From: Candidatus Minimicrobia sp. QA0096
Lineage (GTDB): Bacteria > Patescibacteriota > Saccharimonadia > Saccharimonadales > Saccharimonadaceae
Length of the DNA: 32,000 nt
Assembly: GCF_963967315.1 (NCBI RefSeq)
Contig: NZ_OZ017288.1
Span: 1 to 32,000 of the forward strand
Reading direction: 5' to 3'
This document shows positions 9,836-18,295 of the stretch, piece after piece. Made by a program: the position numbers and the translations under genes. Under the pieces are notes generated by a model. It ran no database searches. It saw only the letters and a program-made list of their open reading frames with translations, and was not told the DNA's origin. How positions within the stretch are numbered: the stretch's first letter is position 1; every line of letters starts with the position of its first letter.

Positions 9836-9844
9836 TGGTATAAT
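9836..9844 (+). promoter_or_regulatory. Extended -10 TGgTATAAT, 7 nt upstream of ftsE ATG
   Basis: TGgTATAAT at 9836-9844, with ATG at 9852. Confidence 0.55.
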
Positions 9845-9851
9845 ACTATCA

Positions 9852-10535
9852 ATGATTCTGTTAGATAGGGTAACGAAGAACTACGGAAAAAGTAACAAGC
9901 CGGCGCTGAATCGAGCAAGCATTCATGTTGGCGCTGGTGAGTTTGTGATTATTGTCGGCACGTCGGGTGCTGGCAAATCGACACTTTTGAAGCTTTTGAC
10001 TCGCGAAGAAAAGCCAAGCTCTGGAAAAATTGTGGTTGGCGGAATTGATTATGACAATTTGAAGGACAAGCATATTCCGCTGTTGCGTCGGAAAATTGGC
10101 GTGGTTTTTCAGGATTTTAAGTTGCTTCCGAATCGAACGGTGTTTGAAAATGTGGCATTTGCGCTGGAAATTGCTGGAATGACAAATCGAGAAATTAAGG
10201 CAACTGTGCCGAAGGTGATCGAATTGGTTGGTCTTAAGGGGAAGGAAAAGCATTTTCCTCATCAGCTTTCTGGTGGTGAGCGTCAGCGTGTAGCGATTGC
10301 TAGAGCAGTGGTGCGTCAACCGAAGATTCTGATTGCAGATGAGCCGACTGGAAACTTGGACCCGAAGCATAGCTGGGATATTGTTCGCTTGCTGGAAAAG
10401 ATTAACAAGTATGGCACGACGGTTATTTTGACGACTCACAACGTGGAGATTGTTAATAAATTGAAGCGGCGCGTTATTACAATTGATCATGGTAAAATCA
10501 CCTCTGATCAGGCGAGAGGGAGTTATAAACAGTAA
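9852..10535 (+). CDS. ftsE: Cell-division ABC transporter ATP-binding protein FtsE
   Basis: Walker A 'GTSGAGKST', ABC signature 'LSGGERQRVAIARA' and Walker B 'ILIADEPTGNLD'. Its stop overlaps the ftsX start (TAATG). Confidence 0.9.
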   Translation: MILLDRVTKNYGKSNKPALNRASIHVGAGEFVIIVGTSGAGKSTLLKLLTREEKPSSGKIVVGGIDYDNLKDKHIPLLRRKIGVVFQDFKLLPNRTVFENVAFALEIAGMTNREIKATVPKVIELVGLKGKEKHFPHQLSGGERQRVAIARAVVRQPKILIADEPTGNLDPKHSWDIVRLLEKINKYGTTVILTTHNVEIVNKLKRRVITIDHGKITSDQARGSYKQ

Positions 10536-11521
10536 TGAAATCAGTTAATAAATCCAACAAGAACAAAGAAACTATCCGTATACGTCAGCGTCGACGAGGT
10601 TGGTTGACGTTTGTCAGAATGTGCCGATATGGTATCAATAACTTCAGTCGTAATGCCTGGCTGACAATTGCTGCAACTGCAGTGATGAGCGTCACATTGA
10701 TTATCGTGTTTATAACATTATCAGCGCGTCAGGTTTTGGTTGATACCGTTTCAAATGTCTCCAAGCGTGCCGATATGTCAATTTACTTAAAGGGCGACAC
10801 GCCAGAAAAAACGATTAAAACGATTAAATCTCGAATTGAAAAATTAGATAATATCGATAGCGTTAAGTATATTTCCGCAGAAGAAGCGCGCGAAAAGCAA
10901 GCTGAACAATATAAGGACAATCCAGACACGCTTGAGGCGATTCGTGAGTCTAGCAATGAAATGTCGGCAACGCTTCGTGTTTCCGTGAAAGAATTGAACA
11001 GCCAGCAATCATTAAATAATTTCGTTAAAACAGATGATCTGTATAAAAAGTACAAAGATCCTAACAGGGAGCCGTCATTCTCAGGTGAGCGCCAGCAAGC
11101 TATTAAAACAGTTGGTAGTTGGGTGAGATTGGCGAGTATTGGCGGCTCGATTGCTACGGTCGTTTTCGTGGTGATTTCATCGCTTGTGGTCTTTAACACT
11201 ATTCGTATGGCAATTTTCAACCGCAAGGACGAGATTGAGATGATGAAGTTGATCGGCGCAGAACGCAGTTTCATCAGAGGTCCGTTTATTGTTGAGGCTA
11301 TAATGTATGGATTTATTGCGGCAATTATCGCAACAGTGGTTGGGTATGGGCTGCTAATTCTTGCACATGATCCGATGGTAAAATACGGAATTCCTATCGA
11401 TAATCTTTTGAATCATCTAAAAATGTACGGTGTGCTGGTTTTCTTTAGTATGATTCTGGTTGGAGCGGCAATTGGTGTGGCGTCATCTTGGGTGGCAACT
11501 CGCAAATATCTTAAGCTGTAA
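10535..11521 (+). CDS. ftsX: Cell-division permease-like protein FtsX
   Basis: Follows ftsE with a 1-nt overlap. Topology is an N-terminal TM segment, a large extracytoplasmic loop, then three C-terminal TM segments ('FNRKDEIEMMKLIGAERSFIRGPF' is a typical FtsX segment). Confidence 0.85.
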   Translation: MKSVNKSNKNKETIRIRQRRRGWLTFVRMCRYGINNFSRNAWLTIAATAVMSVTLIIVFITLSARQVLVDTVSNVSKRADMSIYLKGDTPEKTIKTIKSRIEKLDNIDSVKYISAEEAREKQAEQYKDNPDTLEAIRESSNEMSATLRVSVKELNSQQSLNNFVKTDDLYKKYKDPNREPSFSGERQQAIKTVGSWVRLASIGGSIATVVFVVISSLVVFNTIRMAIFNRKDEIEMMKLIGAERSFIRGPFIVEAIMYGFIAAIIATVVGYGLLILAHDPMVKYGIPIDNLLNHLKMYGVLVFFSMILVGAAIGVASSWVATRKYLKL

Positions 11522-11527
11522 AAGTCC

Positions 11528-11557
11528 TTGACATGCTGATTACGCTTATGCTAACAT
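11528..11557 (+). promoter_or_regulatory. Promoter: TTGACA, 15 nt, TGcTAACAT (18 nt from -35 to the -10 hexamer), 6 nt upstream of ATG 11564
   Basis: TTGACA at 11528-11533 and an extended -10 TGcTAACAT at 11549-11557. Confidence 0.55.
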
Positions 11558-11563
11558 AGACGT

Positions 11564-12703
11564 ATGAAACTACGGTCCACCACACCAGTTTCGGCATCAT
11601 TAGTCAGCAGAGCGTCTCTGGTGGCGATGTCTGCATTGCTCGCTGGATCGGGCATTTTTGGCTTGGCATCACACGTATTAGCTCGCGACTATAACGCCGA
11701 AATTCAGGCAAAACAACAAGAAGCAGACAACTATAATTCTGAGGCTTCGCGCTTGGGTGAGATGGCTGATAGTTTACAGGCGGAACTTGATAAGATAAAC
11801 GGACAGATATCAGCTATTCAAGCGCAGATTTCTGATAGCCAAAAGAAGATTAATAGCCTTAATGATCAGATAAAAAAGAACGAAGAGCTAATTAAGCACA
11901 ATCGTAAAGCGATGGGGCGAATTTTGGCGGATTTGTATGTTGATGATCAGATTTCGCCGCTGGAGATGCTTGCTAGTTCAAAAAATATTAGCGATTACAT
12001 CGATAAGCAAGAACAGCGTAATTCTTTGAAAACTTCATTGAATGATAAGATCAAAGAAATTAAGTCTTTGCAGAAAAAGCTGGAAGAGAATAAGAAGTCT
12101 GTCGAGAATACACTTCGCGACCAAGAATTGCAACGTAATGCAATGGCAGCCAAACAGTCTGAGAAGGCAAAACTGATTACTGACACGAAGAATGACCAGA
12201 ATAATTATGCTGCATTGGCGCAAAAGCGCAATTCCGAGGTAGCGAAGTTGCGAGAAGAGCAGGCTGCAGCCAACCGACGAGCTCTTGGCGGTAGTAATGT
12301 TTCGATTCCGGGCGGTGTACCTGGCGGCGGCGGTTATCCTGGTGCTTGGGCAAGTGCGCCCCTTGATGCTTATGTTGATCCATGGGGATTGTACACGCGT
12401 GAATGTGTGAGCTACGTGGCTTGGAAAATTCATAGCACTGGACGATATGTTCCGCATTTTGGTGGCGCAGGCAACGCGAATCAATGGCCGTCAACTGCAG
12501 CGCGCTATGGTATTTCTAGCGGCTCAACGCCAAAAGCTGGTGCGGCTGCTGTGATGAATATTGGATATTATGGACACGTTATGTATGTTGAGTCCGTCAA
12601 TGGCGACGGAACTATTACCGTTAGCGATTATAACTTTGCCTGGGATGGTTTATATAGGTATTACACACGCTCAGCTTCAGGATTGACCTACGTTTACTTC
12701 TAA
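11564..12703 (+). CDS. Secreted coiled-coil plus CHAP-domain peptidoglycan hydrolase (PcsB-like)
   Basis: N-terminal signal peptide or anchor, a heptad-rich region of about 200 aa, and a 'GGVPGGGGYPG' linker. The C-terminal CHAP domain has the catalytic Cys in 'RECVSYVAWK' and His in 'YGHVMYVESV'. It lies immediately downstream of ftsEX. Confidence 0.75.
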   Translation: MKLRSTTPVSASLVSRASLVAMSALLAGSGIFGLASHVLARDYNAEIQAKQQEADNYNSEASRLGEMADSLQAELDKINGQISAIQAQISDSQKKINSLNDQIKKNEELIKHNRKAMGRILADLYVDDQISPLEMLASSKNISDYIDKQEQRNSLKTSLNDKIKEIKSLQKKLEENKKSVENTLRDQELQRNAMAAKQSEKAKLITDTKNDQNNYAALAQKRNSEVAKLREEQAAANRRALGGSNVSIPGGVPGGGGYPGAWASAPLDAYVDPWGLYTRECVSYVAWKIHSTGRYVPHFGGAGNANQWPSTAARYGISSGSTPKAGAAAVMNIGYYGHVMYVESVNGDGTITVSDYNFAWDGLYRYYTRSASGLTYVYF

Positions 12704-12725
12704 TCGGCATAAAAAGTGATACGCA

Positions 12726-12754
12726 AAAACGCTCGTGTTAAACGGGCGTTTTGT
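12726..12754 (+). terminator. Rho-independent terminator after the CHAP hydrolase gene
   Basis: AAAACGCTCG-tgttaaa-CGGGCGTTTT forms a 10-bp stem with one G.U pair. The T-tract is short. Confidence 0.5.
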
Positions 12755-12756
12755 AG

Positions 12757-12762
12757 TATAAT
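12757..12762 (+). promoter_or_regulatory. -10 box TATAAT, 6 nt upstream of ATG 12769
   Basis: TATAAT at 12757-12762, directly after the terminator. Confidence 0.5.
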
Positions 12763-12768
12763 AAGCGT

Positions 12769-13944
12769 ATGGTTACGGGAGAAAAAAGACAGCAATTAAG
12801 TTGGTTTTTGACGCTTGTTATTGTGGCTATTGTTAGTTTTGTGGCGGGAGCTCGATCTGATGCACTGTTTGCTAACGTAGCGTCGGTATTTGGCGTTAGA
12901 ACTTCAAATAAGACAATCGACTTATCTAGCGTTCAAAAAACATATCAAGAACTGATTGCTAATTATGACGGAAAATTGGATACTCAAAAGTTAATTTATG
13001 GCGCTAATCGCGGACTAGTTGAAGCGGCTGGCGATCCGCATACGGCGTATATGGATCCTGACGAGACGAAGGAGTTTGACAAGTCGCTGAGTGGGCAAAT
13101 TGGTGGTGGGATCGGTGCGGAGATTGGTCTTAGGAGTAATAAACCAACTATCATAAAACCTCTGGAAAACAGTCCAGCTCAGAAAGCGGGAATTAAGGCT
13201 GGTGAGGCGATTGTTAAGGTGAATGACGAGGCTTCTTCTGACTGGTCAGTGGAAAAAGTTGTGAGTAAAATTCGTGGAGAAGTTGGTACGTCCGTTAAAT
13301 TGACGTTATTAAGCGGTAGCCAAACGCGTGAGGTGTCGGTTGTGCGTCAGAATATAGTTTCTCCGGCAGTAGAGTCGGAAATTGATGGAGAAATTGGTAT
13401 TTTGAAAGTTAACCGATTTGGCGATGATACAATAAGCTTGTCCAGAAAATACGCTTCGGAGTTTGTTGAGAAAGGTGTTAAAAAGGTGATTTTGGACTTA
13501 CGGAATAATCCTGGCGGAACGGTTGGAGCTGCTCAAGGGCTATTGGGTATTTGGCTAGACAATCAAATAGCTATGACCGAGCGTAGAGGTTCTGAAATTG
13601 TTAAAACGCTACGTACAACTGGAACGCCAATTCTGGGCAACATGAAGACGGTGGTGCTTATTAACGGCAATAGCGCCAGTGCTAGCGAAATTACGGCTGG
13701 GGCGCTTCGTGAATACGGAAAAGCCACGCTGGTTGGGCAGAAGAGTTACGGTAAGGGAAGCGTGCAGATCGTGCTTGGACTGCCTGGCGGGTCGCAAATG
13801 AAGGTTACGGAAGCCAGATGGTACACGCCAAAGGGCAAAAATATAGATAAAACTGGTATAGAACCTGATGTAAAAGTTGATCTTTCGTCGGACGATGTCA
13901 ATAATAACGTAGATCCGCAGATGGATAAGGCGAAGTCGTTATAA
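12769..13944 (+). CDS. ctpA: S41-family C-terminal processing (tail-specific) protease with a PDZ domain
   Basis: N-terminal TM anchor and PDZ 'GIGAEIGL...IIKPLENSPAQKAGIKAGEAIVKVND'. Catalytic Ser in 'LINGNSASASEI' and Lys in 'SYGKGSVQ'. Confidence 0.85.
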   Translation: MVTGEKRQQLSWFLTLVIVAIVSFVAGARSDALFANVASVFGVRTSNKTIDLSSVQKTYQELIANYDGKLDTQKLIYGANRGLVEAAGDPHTAYMDPDETKEFDKSLSGQIGGGIGAEIGLRSNKPTIIKPLENSPAQKAGIKAGEAIVKVNDEASSDWSVEKVVSKIRGEVGTSVKLTLLSGSQTREVSVVRQNIVSPAVESEIDGEIGILKVNRFGDDTISLSRKYASEFVEKGVKKVILDLRNNPGGTVGAAQGLLGIWLDNQIAMTERRGSEIVKTLRTTGTPILGNMKTVVLINGNSASASEITAGALREYGKATLVGQKSYGKGSVQIVLGLPGGSQMKVTEARWYTPKGKNIDKTGIEPDVKVDLSSDDVNNNVDPQMDKAKSL

Positions 13945-13985
13945 AGCTTGTGTTTTTGGGCTGGACAACATAAAATGGAGATAGT

Positions 13986-14369
13986 ATGAACGGACAAAAA
14001 AAGAAGATTTTACTAGTTGAGGATGACATGGCTCTGTCTGCGGTTTATAGATCGCGGCTGGAGATTGAAGGGTTTGACGTTAGAGAGGCAAATAATGGTG
14101 AAGACGCCTTGTCTGCCACTGTTGAATATCGTCCAGATTTGATTCTTTTGGATGTGATGATGCCGAAAATCAGCGGTTTTGATGTTTTGGATATTCTTCG
14201 CAATACGCCAGAAACTGCTAACGTGAGGATTATTATGCTAACAGCGCTTAGCCAGCCAAAGGACAAGGAACGTGCTGAGAGCTTGGGTGTTGATGATTAT
14301 TTGGTGAAATCTCAGGTTGTAATTGGCGACGTTGTGGCGCGCGTAAAGCATCATTTGGGTATTCAATAG
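13986..14369 (+). CDS. Single-domain (receiver-only) response regulator, no adjacent kinase
   Basis: 'KILLVEDD', phospho-acceptor 'LILLDVMMPKISG', 'IIMLTA' and 'DYLVKS'. At 127 aa it has no output domain. A GGAG SD lies 7 nt upstream. Confidence 0.85.
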   Translation: MNGQKKKILLVEDDMALSAVYRSRLEIEGFDVREANNGEDALSATVEYRPDLILLDVMMPKISGFDVLDILRNTPETANVRIIMLTALSQPKDKERAESLGVDDYLVKSQVVIGDVVARVKHHLGIQ

Positions 14370-14405
14370 AAGAGTAAATCGAGCGGAAGGTCAGCTTTTT
14401 AGGGG

Positions 14406-14434
14406 TTGACTTTTTGCTTGTTTTTTGGTATAAA
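14406..14434 (+). promoter_or_regulatory. Near-consensus promoter: TTGACT, 14 nt, TGgTATAAA (17 nt from -35 to the -10 hexamer)
   Basis: TTGACT at 14406-14411 and TGgTATAAA at 14426-14434. ATG 14445 lies 10 nt downstream. Confidence 0.6.
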
Positions 14435-14444
14435 GTAGTTATAT

Positions 14445-15605
14445 ATGGAAAAACCAAAACCAACACAGAGCCACGAACAAGAACGACCAAAAACACTGGA
14501 AGACTATGTAGTTGCAACTTTTCATGCCGATGCTGACCCAGATATTACAACATCTCCGCTAACTGTTATTCGCAGTGGTCAAGACGGAAAAGGTGTCAGG
14601 CATGATGGGGGCTGGATTGCTGGCGATATGCTAAGTGTGTGTGATACTGATTCTGAGGAGGGTATTGGTTCGCTTGAGTTGTTTGTGAAAGTACATAAAC
14701 CGATTAAAGTTTATGGAGGGCATGTTTATGAAGAGCATGTTATTGCAACTAAGATTGTGTCATTGAAGAAACTCCAAAGTCGAGAAGCAAATAAAGGTTT
14801 TGACGAATCTTATATTCAGGATCTTTATGGAAAAACTACTGAGGAAATGCTTAAAGAAGGATCGGAGGCTGCTGAGCAAGTTTGGCGGCAGAAACATACG
14901 GCTAGTGATTGGAATAGTCTGTCGACTGCGGAAACGGGGCTAGATGAAAGTGATAGCCCAGAGCTAAATCGTTTTGATAAGAGAGTACTAGAACTGATGA
15001 AGCCTCTAGAGACTGACGTGGACGGAATGTCTTTTAGGGACGATTACACATCTGTGAAGTTGAAATTTGAGCATCTGCTTGATCCGAATTATGTGCCGTC
15101 AAATAATGTAGAGGACGCTGCCGTTAGAAACCCAAAAGGAGTTCCTGTATCTGAGAATAGCTTTAATGCTGCGAAAGAGGCTATTGATAATCTAGCTACG
15201 AATTCGTCGTTAATGCAAATAATTAATCCCGAGAGAGCGCTTGATTCTGAAGTGATCATAAATGGTATTAGAGCTAGTCACCTGACGCGTTGCCGCTTGT
15301 TTGAATATTTAACCTCCAGTCTTGACAGGCTGGCAGCCGTTAATCCAGGCGCTTTGGCAGACAGAGTTCTTCGTAACTCAGAGGATAATCTAAAAGCTCC
15401 TAATTATCTCGGGGGTGATTATTATGCGGGTAAAATGCGCAGTCGTGAATATACTGTAGTGCTGGCAATTGCTATGATGGATGGCTCATTTAATGTAGAC
15501 AGACAAGACAAAACGGTTACTCATTACAGGGGTGACAAGGAGAGAAGTGGTATGCATAGGGATTCTGCAAGGGCACTTCTCGAATATGTAAGAAATAATT
15601 ATTAA
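14445..15605 (+). CDS. Hypothetical soluble acidic protein, 386 aa, no recognisable domain
   Basis: Long ORF with its own promoter and terminator. No TM segment, signal peptide or known motif. A 100-nt hand count gave about 35% G+C, against about 47% in the neighbouring response regulator gene. Confidence 0.6.
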   Translation: MEKPKPTQSHEQERPKTLEDYVVATFHADADPDITTSPLTVIRSGQDGKGVRHDGGWIAGDMLSVCDTDSEEGIGSLELFVKVHKPIKVYGGHVYEEHVIATKIVSLKKLQSREANKGFDESYIQDLYGKTTEEMLKEGSEAAEQVWRQKHTASDWNSLSTAETGLDESDSPELNRFDKRVLELMKPLETDVDGMSFRDDYTSVKLKFEHLLDPNYVPSNNVEDAAVRNPKGVPVSENSFNAAKEAIDNLATNSSLMQIINPERALDSEVIINGIRASHLTRCRLFEYLTSSLDRLAAVNPGALADRVLRNSEDNLKAPNYLGGDYYAGKMRSREYTVVLAIAMMDGSFNVDRQDKTVTHYRGDKERSGMHRDSARALLEYVRNNY

Positions 15606-15609
15606 TATT

Positions 15610-15640
15610 AAAATAACTCCGTATTTACCGGAGCTATTTT
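15610..15640. terminator. Bidirectional hairpin terminator between convergent genes
   Basis: AAAATAACTCCG-tatttac-CGGAGCTATTTT has an A/C mismatch and A/T-rich arms that give U-tracts on both strands. It sits between the stop at 15605 (+) and the stop at 15660 (-). Confidence 0.6.
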
Positions 15641-15659
15641 AATAAAAAGTTTTTACCGA

Positions 15660-15932
15660 TTAAAGAACAACAACTTGTGTTCGGCGTTCTGATTTGCCGG
15701 TAAACTTAGTTTTCTTAACTGACTTAAAGCCAACTACGCCATCTTTTGCAGCGTGGATGGTGAAATTGCGGCTAACGTATGTGCCGTCACCAGCGATCTT
15801 TGTGGCACCAGTTTGGCGAACTAGAACTTCTCCAGCGGAAACTTTTTGACCGCCAAATCGCTTAACGCCAAGACGTTGACCAGCATTGTTGTGGATGTTC
15901 TTACTAGAACCACCAGCTTTAACCTTTGACAT
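15660..15932 (-). CDS. rpmA: 50S ribosomal protein L27
   Basis: 'KAGGSSKNIHNNAGQRLGVKRFGGQKVSAGEVLVRQTG' is the canonical L27 N-terminus. 90 aa, with an AAGGAG SD 7 nt upstream. Confidence 0.93.
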   Translation of the reverse strand: MSKVKAGGSSKNIHNNAGQRLGVKRFGGQKVSAGEVLVRQTGATKIAGDGTYVSRNFTIHAAKDGVVGFKSVKKTKFTGKSERRTQVVVL

Positions 15933-15995
15933 TCTTTACTCCTTATAGTTTCTATAAAACAATCTGTTCTAGTTTATCGAAAATGAAGCCAGTTG

Positions 15996-17189
15996 TCAAG
16001 CGGTTTTGGCTATATCTGCCGGTTTTAATACCAATATTTCTCTGGCAACAACTTGATCTTCACGGTAATATAAGAGGTTTTTATCGATAATTTGTTGATA
16101 TCCAAGTTTTTTAAGATTTTTTATCAGAGGCGAGTGAGTAAATTTACCTTCGTGATTTTGCCACGCTGGAACGGCTATGCAAAGCGTCGTGTATGGGCGG
16201 ATTTGCGAATGGATATTTTGCAGAAAATCGCTAATTATGTGATTACAATTTCCGACTACTTCGTGAAGTTTTTCTGGGCTAGGTGGTGCGGAAAACGGCT
16301 GACCTAAATATGTTTCGCAAACAATTCGAGAAATCCGTTTCTTCTGTTCATCTGTTAATTTTACAGAGGTGGCATCGGCCTGATGTGCTTGCCAGAAAGT
16401 GTTTGTCGAAAAAGTTTTTTCTACCCAGTTCATATTTTCGGTCGTGTAAGATATCATCTTATCACTCAAATCACTGCCGTAAGCATTCACGCCGATAAGC
16501 GCAGCTTCTTGTAATACCGTTCCTGTGCCACAAAACGGATCCCAGAGGTAATCGTTAGGTTTTGCGCCAGAAAGGTTAATCATAATTTGTGCAAGCTTGG
16601 GTGGAAGCATTCCCACGAAGGCATCGCGTTTTGGTCGCCCGCGGTCGCGCTGAGTATACGAATTGATATTTTGAGTGCCACGACTTTCAGCGATTATCAG
16701 ATCTCCGTACACGTTCTTAGCTATGATAATTTCAATTTTCGCCTCAGACCTGCCAAGTTTATTATTGTGAGAGGTCGCAGTGGACAGCGCGGCGGTTTTA
16801 TTAGGAATTAGACGCAAACTAACGCCAGATTTTTTCAGGTTGTTTTTTAAGATAATTCCGATTTTTTGGACGTTTCTCGGATCTGTTTTATTGCCATAAA
16901 AACTTATTCCAAGCGTTATTTTTTTCTGACTATTTGAAAGGCTTTTCGTGTATTTTTCAACAATAATTTTTGACGCCTGGAGTAGGGTATTGTGGTCCGA
17001 TTTTTGCGACTTTATCTTCGTTATGACTTGTCCGCACTTAATCGTTCCGCCGAGATTGTCAATTGAAAAATTGTCGCAATTAACCGTGGCGGCTTGGCTG
17101 GAGATTTTTTGGACATTTTTAGCACCGTAAACTGCCTCTAATTCAGCGATAGAGATTTCCGGTTGACGGCCAAGAATAGCTATAAACAT
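15996..17189 (-). CDS. Putative SAM-dependent RNA methyltransferase (UPF0020/Trm11-RlmL-like catalytic domain with a novel N-terminal region)
   Basis: 'RPKRDAFVGMLPPKLAQIMINLSG' followed by SAM motif I 'LWDPFCGTGTVLQEAALIG' and motif II 'AYGSDLS'. The expected (D/N)PP(Y/F) motif is replaced by 'IVCETYLGQPFS'. Confidence 0.5.
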   Translation of the reverse strand: MFIAILGRQPEISIAELEAVYGAKNVQKISSQAATVNCDNFSIDNLGGTIKCGQVITKIKSQKSDHNTLLQASKIIVEKYTKSLSNSQKKITLGISFYGNKTDPRNVQKIGIILKNNLKKSGVSLRLIPNKTAALSTATSHNNKLGRSEAKIEIIIAKNVYGDLIIAESRGTQNINSYTQRDRGRPKRDAFVGMLPPKLAQIMINLSGAKPNDYLWDPFCGTGTVLQEAALIGVNAYGSDLSDKMISYTTENMNWVEKTFSTNTFWQAHQADATSVKLTDEQKKRISRIVCETYLGQPFSAPPSPEKLHEVVGNCNHIISDFLQNIHSQIRPYTTLCIAVPAWQNHEGKFTHSPLIKNLKKLGYQQIIDKNLLYYREDQVVAREILVLKPADIAKTA

Positions 17190-17195
17190 GTCGTA

Positions 17196-17204
17196 ATTAT
17201 AACA
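17196..17204 (-). promoter_or_regulatory. Extended -10 TGtTATAAT (minus strand), 6 nt upstream of the methyltransferase ATG
   Basis: The + strand ATTATAACA at 17196-17204 is the complement of TGTTATAAT. The start codon is complementary to 17187-17189. Confidence 0.5.
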
Positions 17205-17211
17205 TTTATCG

Positions 17212-17220
17212 TGGTATAAT
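17212..17220 (+). promoter_or_regulatory. Extended -10 TGgTATAAT, 7 nt upstream of ATG 17228
   Basis: TGgTATAAT at 17212-17220. The track's ATG 17219 lies inside this -10 box. Confidence 0.5.
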
Positions 17221-17227
17221 GAAGGTT

Positions 17228-18295
17228 ATGTTACCGAAGGTGTTGCAATTGTTGAAATCGCCACGAGCCATTATGAGTGTTTTGACGTTGGCGGTTTTGG
17301 CGATAATAATTTTTCTATCTCGGCATGAGCTCGTGAAGGCGTGGAATCTGTTTTTGCACGCGGATTTATGGCTATTATTCTTGCTATTGCCGTTTCAGAT
17401 TATTGTGTACTTCGCTGGTGGCGAGATGATTTTTTCGTATCTGAGAGAGAAGAATCTGATTTATCATATTTCCAGGCTGGAGCAGACGAGGATTGCGCTG
17501 GAGCTTAATTTGGTCAATCACATTTTTCCGTCGGGCGGAGTTAGTGGAATTTCGTATACGACGTGGCGAATGCACAAGCTCGGCGTGAGTTCGGCGCGTT
17601 CGACATTTGCACAGGTGATTCGTTACGTTACGGGATTTTTGTCGCTTTTGGTTTTGTTGGTGATTGCTGTGTTGGCGCTGGCTATTGACGGCAAGGTTAA
17701 TCGTTATATCGTTGCCGCTAGTTTCTTACTAATTATCGTGGTTTTGGCGCTGACGTTTGGTCTGATTTTCGTGTTTTCGTCAAAGCGACGTATGCAGATG
17801 ACTGCGGCTAAATTGTCTAAGTTCATCAATACATTGGTAAAAATTGCAACCTTGGGCAAGAAGCGACGAGTGATGAAGTCGAAGAAAGTCGAAGAGTTTT
17901 TTGTTGATATGCAGGACGATTTTCAAGATTTGTCCAATCATCCGAAACTTCTGATAAAACCGATGATTTGGGGAGCTGTTTATACTGTTTTTGACGTGGC
18001 GATGTTTGCTGTGGCGTTTCTGTCGCTGGGTGTTTTTGTTAATCCGGCGATTTTGATGGTTGGATACGGTGTGGCGGGATTGGCAGCGATTGTCGTGTTT
18101 ACGCCTGGAGGGACGGGAGTTTATGAAACCATTATGATTATTTTCTTAAGTATGGCAGGCACTCCGCCAGATTTGGCGATTGCTGGAATAATTCTGACGC
18201 GAGCAATTTTACTTACTGGCACGATTATCTTTGGCTATATTTTCTATCAACACGCATTGATTAAATACGGCAAGCCAGATGATTCCCAGATTTAG
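17228..18295 (+). CDS. Polytopic membrane protein, UPF0104 / lysyl-phosphatidylglycerol-synthase-TM-like family
   Basis: About 8 predicted TM helices. 'FPSGGVSGISY' and 'VFTPGGTGVYETIMIIFL' resemble the paired PGG(L/T)G-E motifs of that family. Start moved from 17219 to 17228 (see the -10 box). Confidence 0.5.
   Translation: MLPKVLQLLKSPRAIMSVLTLAVLAIIIFLSRHELVKAWNLFLHADLWLLFLLLPFQIIVYFAGGEMIFSYLREKNLIYHISRLEQTRIALELNLVNHIFPSGGVSGISYTTWRMHKLGVSSARSTFAQVIRYVTGFLSLLVLLVIAVLALAIDGKVNRYIVAASFLLIIVVLALTFGLIFVFSSKRRMQMTAAKLSKFINTLVKIATLGKKRRVMKSKKVEEFFVDMQDDFQDLSNHPKLLIKPMIWGAVYTVFDVAMFAVAFLSLGVFVNPAILMVGYGVAGLAAIVVFTPGGTGVYETIMIIFLSMAGTPPDLAIAGIILTRAILLTGTIIFGYIFYQHALIKYGKPDDSQI

Noticed and set aside
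9861-10490. 209-aa antisense ORF inside ftsE; similar antisense ORFs at 7079-7618, 10783-11274, 28799-29263, 528-956, 2939-3394 and 12035-12484
   Set aside because: All lie fully within, and opposite to, genes with strong family motifs. Their products are low-complexity or Arg/Ser/Leu-rich with no motifs and no start signals. These are typical shadow ORFs.
15933-15995. Independent promoter for rpmA in the 63-nt spacer after the methyltransferase gene
   Set aside because: Only weak AT-rich hexamers are present besides the clear AAGGAG SD. I could not choose between co-transcription with the upstream gene and an internal promoter.
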